A DNA stretch of 64,000 nucleotides from the NCBI GenBank assembly GCA_902783365.1, contig CACZQL010000019.1, positions 1,261 to 65,260 on the forward strand, written 5' to 3'. The notes beneath the pieces were generated by a model. The model had not been told where the DNA came from. It was given only the letters and a program-made list of their open reading frames with translations, and made no database searches. Below are positions 44,856 through 54,135 of this stretch, in pieces; positions within the stretch are counted from its first letter, which is position 1, and every line of letters begins with the position of its first letter. Source of the stretch: an uncultured Bacteroidia bacterium (GTDB lineage: Bacteria > Bacteroidota > Bacteroidia > Bacteroidales > F082). Made by a program: the position numbers and the translations under genes.

Positions 44856-46919
44856 TTACCAGATGGCCGCTCTTTCTTCGGGAGCGATGTACATGGTGTT
44901 TTCAGGGGTGACTTCGAAGGCTTCGTAGAAGTGGGGCATGGAGCCGAGGGTGCGGTTCACGCGGGCTTCCGCCGGGGAGTGGACATCCTCTTTGATGCGG
45001 CGTTCGAGGGCCTTGTCGCGGATGTTGTTGCGCCAGATGGTGCCGTAGCTGATGAAGAAGCGTTGGGCGGGGGTGAAGCCGTCGATGGATTGGTTGGCTT
45101 TGGCTTCATCGGTCATCTGGTAGGCATCCCAAGCAATGTTGAGGCCGCCCAGGTCGGCGATGTTCTCGCCAAGGGTGAGTTGGCCGTTGATGTGGTTTCC
45201 GCGGAGCTCGTACTCGTCGAAGAGCTTGACCAGCTGCTGGGTGCGGGCGGCGAACTTGGTGGCGTCCTCTTCGGTCCACCAGTTGTTGAGGTTGCCGTGC
45301 TCGTCGTACTTGCAGCCTTGGTCGTCGAAGCCGTGGGTCATCTCATGGCCGATGACGACGCCGATGCCGCCGTAGTTGACCGCGTCGTCGGCGTTCTGGT
45401 TGAAGAACGGGGGTTGCAGGATGCCGGCGGGGAACACGATCTCGTTCATGTCGGGGCTGTAGTAGGCGTTGACGGTCTGCGGGGTCATGAACCATTCCTC
45501 TTTGTCAACGGGCTTGCCGATCTTGCCCATGTCGATGGCGTGCTCGAAGCGGATGGCGTTATGGACGTTCTGGAAGTAGGACTCGGGAGTGACCTCATAT
45601 TTGCTGTAGTCTTTCCATTTGTTGGGGTAGCCCACCTTCACGTTGATGCAGCTGAGTTTGTGGAGGGCTTTGGCCTTGGTTTCATCGCTCATCCAGTCGA
45701 GGACCTTGATGCGTTCGCCGAGGGCGACGCGGAGGTTGCCGATGAGGGCTTCCATGCGGGCCTTGGCCTCGGCGGGGAAGTGCTTCTCGACGTAGAGCTG
45801 TCCGATGGCTTCGCCGAGGCAACCGTCGGTGGCGTTGAGCACACGGCGCCAGCGGGGCTGCTGCACCTCTTGGCCGTAGAGGTAGTTGCTGTAGAAGTTG
45901 AAGTCCTCGGCAACGAGGTCATCGCTCAGCATGGAGGCACTGCCGGTGAGGACCTTCCACTTCAGGTAGTCCTTGAGTGTGTTGAGGTCGGTAGTGCGGA
46001 GGATGCCGTTCAAGGCGGCGATGTAGTCGGGCATTCCCACGTTGAGGCTGTCGAAAGCGGGGGCGCCGATGGTCTTGAAATAGGTATCCCATTGGAAGAG
46101 CGGGGTAGAGGCCTGGAGCTGTTTCATCGACCGTTTGTTATAGGTGCGGTCGGGGTCGCGGCGTTCCACGCGGCTGAGGGAGTTCTTGGCGAGTTGGGTC
46201 TCGAAGGCCAGGATGCTGTTGGCCTTGGCGGAGGCGTCTTTCTCGTTGACGCCGACGAGTTGGAACATCTTATAGACATGCTCCACATACTTCTCGCGCA
46301 TCTCTTTGGAGTTCTCGTCGAGGTAGTCGTCACGGTCGGGGAGGCTGAGGCCGCCTTGGAAGACGTGCATGATGACTTGTTCGGCGTTCTTGGGGTCGGT
46401 GCTGCCGCCGGCGTTGAAGAAGCCTCCGAAGCCGTCGGCATGGAGCTTGCCCACCAGTTCGGCGAGTTGCGCCTTGTCGTTCAGCTGGTCGATCATCTCA
46501 AAATAGGGGAGGAGCTCGGTGTAGCCGCGCTGGTTGATGGCCACGGTGTCCATGCCCGCGTTGTAGAAGTCGCGGATCTTTTGGGCCACGGAGCCTTGGA
46601 CGGCGTTTTCATCCTTGGAGACCTCGTCGATGATGGCCTGGATGAGTTGCTCATTGTGTTGGTCAATCTCGGTGAAGGCACCGTATGAGGTGTACTCCTC
46701 AGGGATGGGGTTGTTTTTCAGCCAGTTGTTGTTGGCATAGCGGAAGAAGTCCTCGGCAGGGTTGATGCCAAGGTCCATGTTGCTCTTGTCGATGGCGGGC
46801 ACCACTTCCGTGCCGGCCACAACATTGGTGTCATTGGTAGTTGTTTTCTCATTTGATGACGTACATCCGGTCATCACGGTTCCTGCTACAATCATAGCAA
46901 TAAAAACTTTGTTTCTCAT
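44856..46919 (-). CDS. pepO: M13 family zinc metallopeptidase (PepO / endothelin-converting-enzyme-like) lipoprotein
   Basis: Lipoprotein signal AGTVMTGCTSS. Zinc motif VIGHEMTHGFD. NAYY and GENIADLGG motifs. 687 aa. Confidence 0.9.
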   Translation of the reverse strand: MRNKVFIAMIVAGTVMTGCTSSNEKTTTNDTNVVAGTEVVPAIDKSNMDLGINPAEDFFRYANNNWLKNNPIPEEYTSYGAFTEIDQHNEQLIQAIIDEVSKDENAVQGSVAQKIRDFYNAGMDTVAINQRGYTELLPYFEMIDQLNDKAQLAELVGKLHADGFGGFFNAGGSTDPKNAEQVIMHVFQGGLSLPDRDDYLDENSKEMREKYVEHVYKMFQLVGVNEKDASAKANSILAFETQLAKNSLSRVERRDPDRTYNKRSMKQLQASTPLFQWDTYFKTIGAPAFDSLNVGMPDYIAALNGILRTTDLNTLKDYLKWKVLTGSASMLSDDLVAEDFNFYSNYLYGQEVQQPRWRRVLNATDGCLGEAIGQLYVEKHFPAEAKARMEALIGNLRVALGERIKVLDWMSDETKAKALHKLSCINVKVGYPNKWKDYSKYEVTPESYFQNVHNAIRFEHAIDMGKIGKPVDKEEWFMTPQTVNAYYSPDMNEIVFPAGILQPPFFNQNADDAVNYGGIGVVIGHEMTHGFDDQGCKYDEHGNLNNWWTEEDATKFAARTQQLVKLFDEYELRGNHINGQLTLGENIADLGGLNIAWDAYQMTDEAKANQSIDGFTPAQRFFISYGTIWRNNIRDKALERRIKEDVHSPAEARVNRTLGSMPHFYEAFEVTPENTMYIAPEERAAIW

Positions 46920-46956
46920 AATTATAAATAATGTGAATATCGTTTTCCATTCTTAG

Positions 46957-46983
46957 TTCTCCACTTTCCACTCTCCACTCTCA
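46957..46983 (+). repeat. Heptamer array TTCTCCA CTTTCCA CTCTCCA CTCTCA
   Basis: Read directly. It is the same unit family as the array inside the C69 gene, and it overlaps the dnaX stop codon (46981-46983). Confidence 0.85.
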
Positions 46984-48789
46984 AAGGTCTCCCTCCAACC
47001 TGAGTTCCATCTGTAGCTTGCGAAGCTCTGGGTGGGCTTGGACCATTTTCTCGAATTTCTCCTTGTCGGTATAGGCCTCTATCTCAGCGGGTTTGTCCAT
47101 CACTTCCGGTTCCAACTTGTAGAGGTTGTTGTGGAGGGTGTTTTTGAGATGGCTTCGGAGGGCGGTCATGCCCTCGGTGTCGTTTTGGAATAGAAGGTTA
47201 TCGACATGGAAGTGGATCACGAAACCGTCGCGAAGCTCGGGCTTGTATTTGCCGAGGCCCGCGGCGAAGTTGGGGGAAATCTTTTTGTATTTGTTGACGA
47301 ACTCGTTCCAGGAGTTCACCAATTGTTCTTGGGTAAAGGGAGTGTCCCAAGTGGGCTCGGGCTCTTCCTCCTTTTTGGCGGCCTGTTCCATGCTTCCCAT
47401 AATCGACAGCGTGGAGGTGGTGCCTCGTGGCCTGCGAATCTGAGGTGTAGGAGCGGCAGGCTGCTGGGGCGTTTGGACGCTGGGTTGCTGGGGCGTTGGA
47501 TTACTGGGTTGCGGCGTAGCATTGCTGGGTTGCTGCGGCGTGGGGGTGACAGGGCGGGACGGCACCGAGTTGCTCGTTGGCTGCGTCACAGGGCTAGTGG
47601 GTGGCTGTGGCGTGGGGGTGCTGGGCCGTTGGGCGATGGTCTCTCTGACTGGGACTGAATCCTGGGTGGGCGGATTACCTCCGCCCGTTGAAGGGTTTGG
47701 CGAAAACGCGCACATCTTCATCAAACTCAGCTCCAAATGAAGCCGTTTGTTCCCGCTGTTGCGGTAATCCAAATCACATTGGTTGTTGATATCCAACGCT
47801 TTCACCAAAAATGGCAACGGGAAACGCTGCGCCTGGTCGATATACCGCTGCCGCAACTCGTTGCTCACCTCCAATAACTCCGTCGTCGCCGGGTCTTTGC
47901 TCACCAACAGGCTTCGCAAATGGTTGCCCATGCCCGCAATGAAATGCTGTGGCTCAAAGCCTTTGCTGATGATCTCGTTGAGAATCAGGAGGATATCGGT
48001 GGTGTTTCCTTGCAACACATCATCGGCAATTCTGAAATAATAGTCATAATCAAGCACGTTGAGGTTCTCGATGACCGACTTGTAGGTGATCTCTTTGCCC
48101 GAGAAACTCACCATCTGGTCGAAAATCGACAGGGCGTCACGCAGGGCACCGTCGGCTTTTTGCGCGATGATGTTCAGGGCCTGAGGCTCCGCGTGGATGC
48201 CCTCCATCTCCGCCACATGCGCCAGATGCCGCTCGATGTCCTCGATGGTAATCCTCTTGAAATCAAAGATTTGGCATCTTGAGAGGATGGTGGGGATGAT
48301 CTTGTGCTTCTCGGTGGTGGCAAGAATGAACTTGGCATACGCCGGCGGCTCCTCCAAGGTCTTGAGGAAGGCGTTGAAAGCCGCCGCGCTGAGCATGTGG
48401 ACCTCATCGATGATATACACCTTGTATTGCCCGATCTGTGGGGGAATACGCACCTGCTCCACAAGGCTCCGGATGTCCTCCACGGAGTTGTTGGAGGCGG
48501 CGTCCAGCTCGTAGATGTTGAACGAGGCGTTGTTGTTGAAGGCACGGCATGACTCGCATTCGTTGCAGGCTTCCATGCTTTCGGTGGGGTGGAGGCAGTT
48601 GATGGTCTTGGCCATGATGCGGGCGCAGGTGGTCTTGCCGACCCCTCGGGGACCGCAAAACAGGAAGGCCTGGGCCAAGGTGTTGTTCTTGATGGCGTTC
48701 TTCAGCGTCGTCGTAATCGACTGCTGACCCACCACCGTGTCGAAGGTCGATGGCCTGTATTTTCGTGCGGATACAATGAAATTGTCCAT
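46981..48789 (-). CDS. dnaX: DNA polymerase III subunit gamma/tau
   Basis: ARKYRPSTFDTVVGQ, GPRGVGKTTCARI (Walker A), YIIDEVHML and a Pro/Gln-rich linker. 602 aa. Confidence 0.9.
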   Translation of the reverse strand: MDNFIVSARKYRPSTFDTVVGQQSITTTLKNAIKNNTLAQAFLFCGPRGVGKTTCARIMAKTINCLHPTESMEACNECESCRAFNNNASFNIYELDAASNNSVEDIRSLVEQVRIPPQIGQYKVYIIDEVHMLSAAAFNAFLKTLEEPPAYAKFILATTEKHKIIPTILSRCQIFDFKRITIEDIERHLAHVAEMEGIHAEPQALNIIAQKADGALRDALSIFDQMVSFSGKEITYKSVIENLNVLDYDYYFRIADDVLQGNTTDILLILNEIISKGFEPQHFIAGMGNHLRSLLVSKDPATTELLEVSNELRQRYIDQAQRFPLPFLVKALDINNQCDLDYRNSGNKRLHLELSLMKMCAFSPNPSTGGGNPPTQDSVPVRETIAQRPSTPTPQPPTSPVTQPTSNSVPSRPVTPTPQQPSNATPQPSNPTPQQPSVQTPQQPAAPTPQIRRPRGTTSTLSIMGSMEQAAKKEEEPEPTWDTPFTQEQLVNSWNEFVNKYKKISPNFAAGLGKYKPELRDGFVIHFHVDNLLFQNDTEGMTALRSHLKNTLHNNLYKLEPEVMDKPAEIEAYTDKEKFEKMVQAHPELRKLQMELRLEGDL

Positions 48790-48815
48790 GGGCTGTCAAT
48801 GCTTGAAAGAAACTA

Positions 48816-48823
48816 CAAAGATA
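48816..48823 (-). promoter_or_regulatory. Bacteroidota -7 promoter box TATCTTTG (minus strand)
   Basis: The reverse complement of CAAAGATA, 27 nt upstream of the dnaX ATG at 48789. Confidence 0.5.
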
Positions 48824-48865
48824 TACTTTTTTTTGGCATCCTTGTGTTTGTCCGTTTTTTTTCTG

Positions 48866-48873
48866 TAAGTTTG
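48866..48873 (+). promoter_or_regulatory. Bacteroidota -7 promoter box TAAGTTTG
   Basis: TAnnTTTG match 19 nt upstream of the ATG at 48892. Confidence 0.5.
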
Positions 48874-48891
48874 CTCCAAATTAATTAAGGT

Positions 48892-50187
48892 ATGCTGATT
48901 CTCGTCCCCAAGATTACCAACCGGCTCCATTATGCTTTCGACTTTGTTTTCAAAGTGATGCTTCACACGGATTTTGAGCTGACCACGGACTCGAATTCTT
49001 TCCGTGACCGCGAAGGTCCCAAGATGAGTTATGGCAACGACCCTCTGTGGGACGAGCCTTTCCAAAAGTCTGTTCCGCTGCTTTTTGAGCACGACCTCTA
49101 TGAACAACGGCTGAATCCCATTGATTTTCTGGATGTTAAAGGTTTCTTCCCGGTGTATCACCAGCGTACCCTGATGCCTTTCGACGTCTTTGCCGCCGTC
49201 TTCTACTTCCTGACCCGCTACGAGGAATACCTTCCCCAGGTGAGGGACCAGTACGGGAGGTTCAAACCTGACTCGTCCGCCTTGTTCCAACAAGGGGTGT
49301 TGGCCAAACCCGTTATCGATATTTGGGTGCTGGAGTTTGGACAACGGATTGGCATTCAGGTGGATGCAAAGAAAAGGAAGTATGTGTTCCAACCTACCTA
49401 CGATGTGGATGCCGCCTGGTCCTACCTCCATAAAGGCTTCTTCCGTACCCTCGGAGCTTTCTCGAGGGACCTCCTCGCCGGGGATTGGAACGAGATCCAA
49501 CATCGGCACCGGGTGCTGATGAAAAAGGAACCGGATCCGTTCGACAGCTTCGATTTCCAGTTCCAACTGCAAGAGGAGTTCCATCTGAAACCCATCTATT
49601 TCATCCATTGCGGCGACTACGACACCAACGACAAAAGCATCTCCATCCGCAAGGACGACTTCCGAGCCCTCATCAAGCACATCGGCGACTATGCCGATGT
49701 GGGCATCCACCCTTCGTTTTCCTCCTATCTCGATGCCGAGCGCCTGCAAATGGAGGTGGAACGCCTCGCTGGGGTGCTGAACCGCGAAGTCACCAAAAGC
49801 CGACAACACTTCCTGCGCATGACCCTGCCCCGTACCTACCAGCGGCTGGTGGAACTCGACATCACCGACGACTATACCATGGGCTACGCCTCCCAAGTGG
49901 GATTCCGCGCCGGCACCGCCACCCCGTTCCGTTTCTTTGACCTGGAAAACGACATGGCGACCTCTCTTTGGGTGCATCCTTTCGCAGTAATGGATGGCAC
50001 TTTAAGAGATTACTTAAATCTAAATTTAACTGATTCTTACAATACGATATCTAAAGTAGTAGATGAGGTAAGGAAAGTGCAAGGCACCTTCATCTATCTC
50101 ACCCACAACGAGACTCTCGGAGGACAAAAACGTTGGGTGGGCTGGCCGGAGATGTATCGGAAAATGCTGGAGAATTTCCGCTCATAA
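48892..50187 (+). CDS. Conserved hypothetical protein, possibly a polysaccharide-deacetylase-like fold
   Basis: 431-aa ORF with coding-like composition and its own promoter box. The N-terminal ITNRLHYAFDFVF and the later HPSFSSY...SRQHFLRM...GFRAGTATPF resemble a Bacteroidota family often annotated as polysaccharide deacetylase. This is from memory only. Confidence 0.45.
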   Translation: MLILVPKITNRLHYAFDFVFKVMLHTDFELTTDSNSFRDREGPKMSYGNDPLWDEPFQKSVPLLFEHDLYEQRLNPIDFLDVKGFFPVYHQRTLMPFDVFAAVFYFLTRYEEYLPQVRDQYGRFKPDSSALFQQGVLAKPVIDIWVLEFGQRIGIQVDAKKRKYVFQPTYDVDAAWSYLHKGFFRTLGAFSRDLLAGDWNEIQHRHRVLMKKEPDPFDSFDFQFQLQEEFHLKPIYFIHCGDYDTNDKSISIRKDDFRALIKHIGDYADVGIHPSFSSYLDAERLQMEVERLAGVLNREVTKSRQHFLRMTLPRTYQRLVELDITDDYTMGYASQVGFRAGTATPFRFFDLENDMATSLWVHPFAVMDGTLRDYLNLNLTDSYNTISKVVDEVRKVQGTFIYLTHNETLGGQKRWVGWPEMYRKMLENFRS

Positions 50188-50199
50188 AGGAACGATGCG

Positions 50200-51105
50200 A
50201 TGATTGAGTATTTGCGACACGGACAAATCGAAACGGCGCTTTGGGACGATTGCGTTGCCCATGCGTCGAACAGCCTTGTGTATGCCCACTCCTGGTATCT
50301 TGACGTGGTTCATGAGGGGTGGGAAGCCCTTGTGGAACGCTCCGACGGCGGCTACCGGTCGGTCATGCCCCTGACCTGCCGACGGAAATACGGCATCCCT
50401 TACCTGTTTCAACCTTTCTTCGCCCAACAGCTGGGCGTGTTCTCACGGGAAGCCTTGACCGAAAAAAAAGTAGGGGAGTACCTGGACGCGATTCCCCAAA
50501 AGTTCCTGAAGGTGGAGCTTCGTCTCAATGAGGGGAATCCAATCCCAACTACCCTCCATGGGGTGAAATATCACCGCAACTGCCTCCTTGATTTGCAACA
50601 TTCATACGATTTGTTATCTTCTAATTATCATGAAAATACAAAGCGTAATCTAAAGAAATCATTGAAGTATGGTTTAAGCTTGGTAAAGGAGGCTCCCGTC
50701 AGGAAGGTGATTGATTTGTTCAGAAACGACCGCGGAAGGTTGGTGAAGCATTGGGGAGACCAGGAATATGCCCGTTTGGAACGCCTCATCCTTGCTGCAA
50801 CCAATTTACAAAATACTTTAGTTTATGGTGTTCAAAATACTGATAATAATGATATTATATGCGGTGCGATATTTCTGAAATACCATGACAGGCTCACGTT
50901 TCTCTTTTCGGGCAACAGTGAGGCGGGGAAGTCTTGCCAGGCCATGACGTTTCTCCTTGACCAGGTGATTCGTGAGTTTGCCGGCAGGATGGGGGTGTTG
51001 GACTTTGAGGGTTCTGACGATGACAACCTCGCCCGCTTTTACCTGGGTTTCGGGTCCATCGAAAAAAAATACCCTTCTTACACCAAAAATTTCTTCAAAT
51101 TCTGA
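50200..51105 (+). CDS. GNAT/FemAB-like acetyltransferase-fold protein (hypothetical)
   Basis: 301-aa ORF 12 nt after the previous gene. The sequence resembles the Bacteroidota 'GNAT family N-acetyltransferase' (BioF2-like) family. This is a weak motif-level call. Confidence 0.4.
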   Translation: MIEYLRHGQIETALWDDCVAHASNSLVYAHSWYLDVVHEGWEALVERSDGGYRSVMPLTCRRKYGIPYLFQPFFAQQLGVFSREALTEKKVGEYLDAIPQKFLKVELRLNEGNPIPTTLHGVKYHRNCLLDLQHSYDLLSSNYHENTKRNLKKSLKYGLSLVKEAPVRKVIDLFRNDRGRLVKHWGDQEYARLERLILAATNLQNTLVYGVQNTDNNDIICGAIFLKYHDRLTFLFSGNSEAGKSCQAMTFLLDQVIREFAGRMGVLDFEGSDDDNLARFYLGFGSIEKKYPSYTKNFFKF

Positions 51106-51125
51106 GTTCATAAGCCTAAATTGCA

Positions 51126-51133
51126 TATCTTTG
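51126..51133 (+). promoter_or_regulatory. Bacteroidota -7 promoter box TATCTTTG
   Basis: TAnnTTTG match 22 nt upstream of the ATG at 51155. Confidence 0.5.
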
Positions 51134-51154
51134 CCTCACAACAAATCTGGAGTC

Positions 51155-51817
51155 ATGATTGAAATTCACAACCTTGAGCTGCACGACAGCTTGTTCAACC
51201 ACATTCTTGGTGAGATCCGCGACGCTGAGATTCAGTTAGATAGAATGCGTTTCCGTCGGAATCTCGAACGTATTGGCGAGATTATGGCCTACGAAATCAG
51301 CAAAACCATGGAGTATGAGGCGAGGGAAGTGGTCACGCCTTTGGGCGTCAAAGAGGTGCGGATGCTGAAAGAGCAACCGGTGTTGGCCACCATTCTTCGC
51401 GCTGGTTTGCCTTTCCACAATGGCATGCTGAACATGTTTGACCAGGCCGACAACGCTTTCATCGCCGCCTATCGCAAATATGACAAGGACGATGACTCTG
51501 AGATCCGGGTGGAGTATTTCTCCTCGCCCGACCTGACCGAGAGGGTGTTGATACTCTGTGACCCGCTGCTGGCCACGGGTGAGTCGCTGGTGAAGACCCT
51601 TCACAGGTTGTTGGGCGACGACCAGGAACCCAAGCAGATCCACATCGCCGTGGCGGTGGCTTCGTCCGACGGCTTGGAGCATCTGCAACGCCAGCTCTCG
51701 CTGATGCCAGTGACGATTTGGGTCGGCTCCATCGACGACGAACTCACGGCTCGCGCTTACGTGGTGCCGGGGCTGGGCGACGCCGGCGACCTGGCTTTTG
51801 GGGAGAAACATAGCTGA
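51155..51817 (+). CDS. upp: Uracil phosphoribosyltransferase
   Basis: 220 aa. ILRAGLPF, the PRPP loop VLILCDPLLATGESL and the C-terminal YVVPGLGDAGDLAFGEK are classic UPRTase motifs. The ATG at 51155 sits within the longer ORF that starts at 50972. Confidence 0.9.
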   Translation: MIEIHNLELHDSLFNHILGEIRDAEIQLDRMRFRRNLERIGEIMAYEISKTMEYEAREVVTPLGVKEVRMLKEQPVLATILRAGLPFHNGMLNMFDQADNAFIAAYRKYDKDDDSEIRVEYFSSPDLTERVLILCDPLLATGESLVKTLHRLLGDDQEPKQIHIAVAVASSDGLEHLQRQLSLMPVTIWVGSIDDELTARAYVVPGLGDAGDLAFGEKHS

Positions 51818-51834
51818 AATAAAAATACAAACCG

Positions 51835-53169
51835 ATGAGTAGAGACGGCTTTGGATCCAAATTGGGGATCATTGCCGCCGCCGCAGGGTCGGCGGTGGGA
51901 TTGGGTAACATCTATCGCTTCCCGTGCGAGCTGGGAAACAACGGAGGAGGCGCCTTCCTCTTGGTTTACCTTCTGATAGTCTTATGCTTAGGCGTCCCCG
52001 TGATGCTGAGTGAGTTCGTCATTGGCCGACGCACCCAGCAGAACCCCATCGGAGCTTTCAAGACCCTGAAACCCAAGTCAGCCTGGCCCTTATTCGGCTA
52101 TCTTGGCGTGGCCTGCGCCTTCATCATCATGGCGTTTTACTCCACGGTGGCCGGCTGGACCCTCGAATACATCGTGAAAGCCGTCGGCAACGAGTTCCAT
52201 GGCAAAGACTTGGAGACCATTGAGAAGGAGTTTGTCGCCTTCCACGACATCGGCTGGAAAAACGTCTTTTGGCAGGCGGTGTTCATTTTCCTGACCGCCT
52301 TCGTCGTGTTCAAGGGTGTCGCGGAGGGCATCGAGAAGTACTCTAAAATCCTGATGCCACTTTTGGTGCTGATTCTCATTGTGTTGGCCATCCGTTCATT
52401 GACCCTTCCCAACGCCATGGAGGGCGTGACTTTTCTCTTCCATCCCGACTTCTCCAAAATCACGGGTTCCGTGCTGATCAGCGCTTTGGGACAGGCCTTC
52501 TTCTCGCTCAGCATGGGTATGGGCGTGCTTATCACCTACGGTTCCTATATAAAAAAGAACGACAACCTCGCCACCACAGCCCTCTCGGTGACCCTCTCCG
52601 ACACGTTGGTCGCCGTGTTGGCAGGCATCGTGATCTTCCCCGCCGCGTTTTCGTTCGGAATTCGTCCAACAGCAGGTATGGGGCTGGTGTTCAATACTTT
52701 GCCAATGATTTTTAACCAGATGACCGGCGGATATGTGTTCTGCATCATCTTCTTCGTGCTGTTGGCGGTGGCCGCCTTGACCTCTACCATCTCCCTGTTG
52801 GAAGTGGTGGTGGCCTATTTGGTGGAGGAGCTACGTATGAGCCGCCGTTGGGCCACTGTGCTGGCGGCGTTGGGTTGCATGGCGGTGGGCGTGTTCGCCT
52901 CCCTGAGCCTCAAGAGCGACTCGGCTTTGCGCATCGCGGGAATGTCGTTCTTCGACAGTCTCGACTTCTTCAGCGCCAAGATCTTGCTGCCCGTCGGGGC
53001 TTTCTTCATCGTTCTCTTCGTGGGCTGGGTGATGGGTAAGAACGCCTTCTTCAAGGAAATCACCAACGAAGGGACCTTGAAGCTCTCCCTCAAAGGAGTG
53101 ATCTTCTTCATTATCAAGTTTGTGGCCCCACTTGCTATCGCCCTTATCTTCATCACGGGATTCCTGTAA
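51835..53169 (+). CDS. Sodium-dependent transporter (neurotransmitter:sodium symporter, SNF family)
   Basis: GSAVGLGNIYRFPCELGNNGGGAFLLVY is the NSS TM1 signature. Polytopic, 444 aa. Confidence 0.85.
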   Translation: MSRDGFGSKLGIIAAAAGSAVGLGNIYRFPCELGNNGGGAFLLVYLLIVLCLGVPVMLSEFVIGRRTQQNPIGAFKTLKPKSAWPLFGYLGVACAFIIMAFYSTVAGWTLEYIVKAVGNEFHGKDLETIEKEFVAFHDIGWKNVFWQAVFIFLTAFVVFKGVAEGIEKYSKILMPLLVLILIVLAIRSLTLPNAMEGVTFLFHPDFSKITGSVLISALGQAFFSLSMGMGVLITYGSYIKKNDNLATTALSVTLSDTLVAVLAGIVIFPAAFSFGIRPTAGMGLVFNTLPMIFNQMTGGYVFCIIFFVLLAVAALTSTISLLEVVVAYLVEELRMSRRWATVLAALGCMAVGVFASLSLKSDSALRIAGMSFFDSLDFFSAKILLPVGAFFIVLFVGWVMGKNAFFKEITNEGTLKLSLKGVIFFIIKFVAPLAIALIFITGFL

Positions 53170-53170
53170 T

Positions 53171-53233
53171 CAGTTGGCAGTTGGCAGTTGGCAGTTAGCA
53201 GTTGGCAGTTGGGAGTTAGCAGTTGGGAGTTAA
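53171..53233 (+). repeat. Nine-unit heptamer array CAGTTGG/CAGTTAG/GAGTTAG/GAGTTAA
   Basis: Read directly. It begins 2 nt after the NSS stop (CCTGTAA) and covers the stop of the convergent ComEA-like gene (53230-53232). Confidence 0.95.
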
Positions 53234-54021
53234 TAGGCGAGATATTGTTCCAGGTAGGGGTTGCAGTCGCCGAGAATGCCTTGAAGTTGACTCCATTGCT
53301 TGATGTGTCCCCTTCGTTCACGGTAGTTGACGATGGCTTTCACTTGCTCGTACTCCAGGTAGGGGTGGCGAAGCAACACCTTGAACTCGTCACTGTTGAC
53401 ATTTAACTTCCTGATTTCGTGATTTTCCAGGAGTATGTAGGGGCGAATGGTCTCGAATCGCGCGGTGTCCATCCCCTTGACCTCAAAGAGCTGTTCCAGC
53501 GCGACAAATCCTCCAAGACGATCCCGGTATCGGTGGATGCGGCTCGACATGGTGCTGCCAATCTGAGGCAATGCCAACAGGGCGGTGGAATCGGCAGTGT
53601 TGAGGTCAAGAGGCTTGATAGGGGAGGCCTTCGCTTTCATCGGGCCTTCCTTTTTGAAACCCTCCTTATTGAGGTCATTCATTTTGGGACGATTCTTTTG
53701 AGAACCATCCTTTTGAACGCCATCCTTTTGAGTGCCGTTCTTGTTGAGGCTGCTTTCGCCTCTCTGTGGCTTCGTGGCGGTGTGGGGTGCTTCCTGTTGA
53801 GCGAGGGGTTCGGACGCTTGTTTCCGTGCCTCTTGCACCGCCAACAGGGAGTCTAAGTTGTGAAACGCCCTACGATCATTTTCTGATAGTTTCATGGCCG
53901 GACGGAAAATGCTGAACGCCAACAAAATGACGATGAGCGACAATAGAACTAGCATCCCGATACTTTCTCCTTTGTTCAAGATAATGAACCTTTTATTGAT
54001 TTTCTTTTTGTATTTTACCAT
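53230..54021 (-). CDS. ComEA-like helix-hairpin-helix DNA-binding membrane protein
   Basis: N-terminal TM helix (MLVLLSLIVILLAF), a Lys-rich linker, then LDLNTADSTALLALPQIGSTMSSRI and a second HhH-like unit. I chose the ATG at 54021 (MVKYKKK). Confidence 0.7.
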   Translation of the reverse strand: MVKYKKKINKRFIILNKGESIGMLVLLSLIVILLAFSIFRPAMKLSENDRRAFHNLDSLLAVQEARKQASEPLAQQEAPHTATKPQRGESSLNKNGTQKDGVQKDGSQKNRPKMNDLNKEGFKKEGPMKAKASPIKPLDLNTADSTALLALPQIGSTMSSRIHRYRDRLGGFVALEQLFEVKGMDTARFETIRPYILLENHEIRKLNVNSDEFKVLLRHPYLEYEQVKAIVNYRERRGHIKQWSQLQGILGDCNPYLEQYLAY

Positions 54022-54043
54022 AAAAAAATATATTTTATACCTG

Positions 54044-54051
54044 CAAAGATA
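54044..54051 (-). promoter_or_regulatory. Bacteroidota -7 promoter box TATCTTTG (minus strand)
   Basis: The reverse complement of CAAAGATA, 23 nt upstream of the ATG at 54021. Confidence 0.5.
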
Positions 54052-54104
54052 GAATAAAAAAATCAACAAACAAACTTTTTTCGGAAAAATCGAAAGAAAA
54101 ATGG

Positions 54105-54112
54105 TAATTTTG
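54105..54112 (+). promoter_or_regulatory. Bacteroidota -7 promoter box TAATTTTG
   Basis: TAnnTTTG match 24 nt upstream of the ATG at 54136. Confidence 0.5.
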
Positions 54113-54135
54113 CGACCCTTAATTCATTGAAGAAG

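Noticed and set aside
46981-48789. A programmed -1 frameshift site (A AAA AAG type) in dnaX, as in E. coli.
   Set aside because: I found no A-AAA-AAG heptamer on the coding strand. The only runs of A are shorter, so there is no evidence for a gamma/tau frameshift here.
1944-54135. TTG-initiated ORF starts given by the track at 1944, 29173 and 54127.
   Set aside because: In each case an in-frame ATG lies 6-18 nt downstream (1962, 29179, 54136). The ATG gives a canonical N-terminus or signal peptide and better spacing to a TAnnTTTG box. At 1944 the TTG lies inside the promoter box itself.
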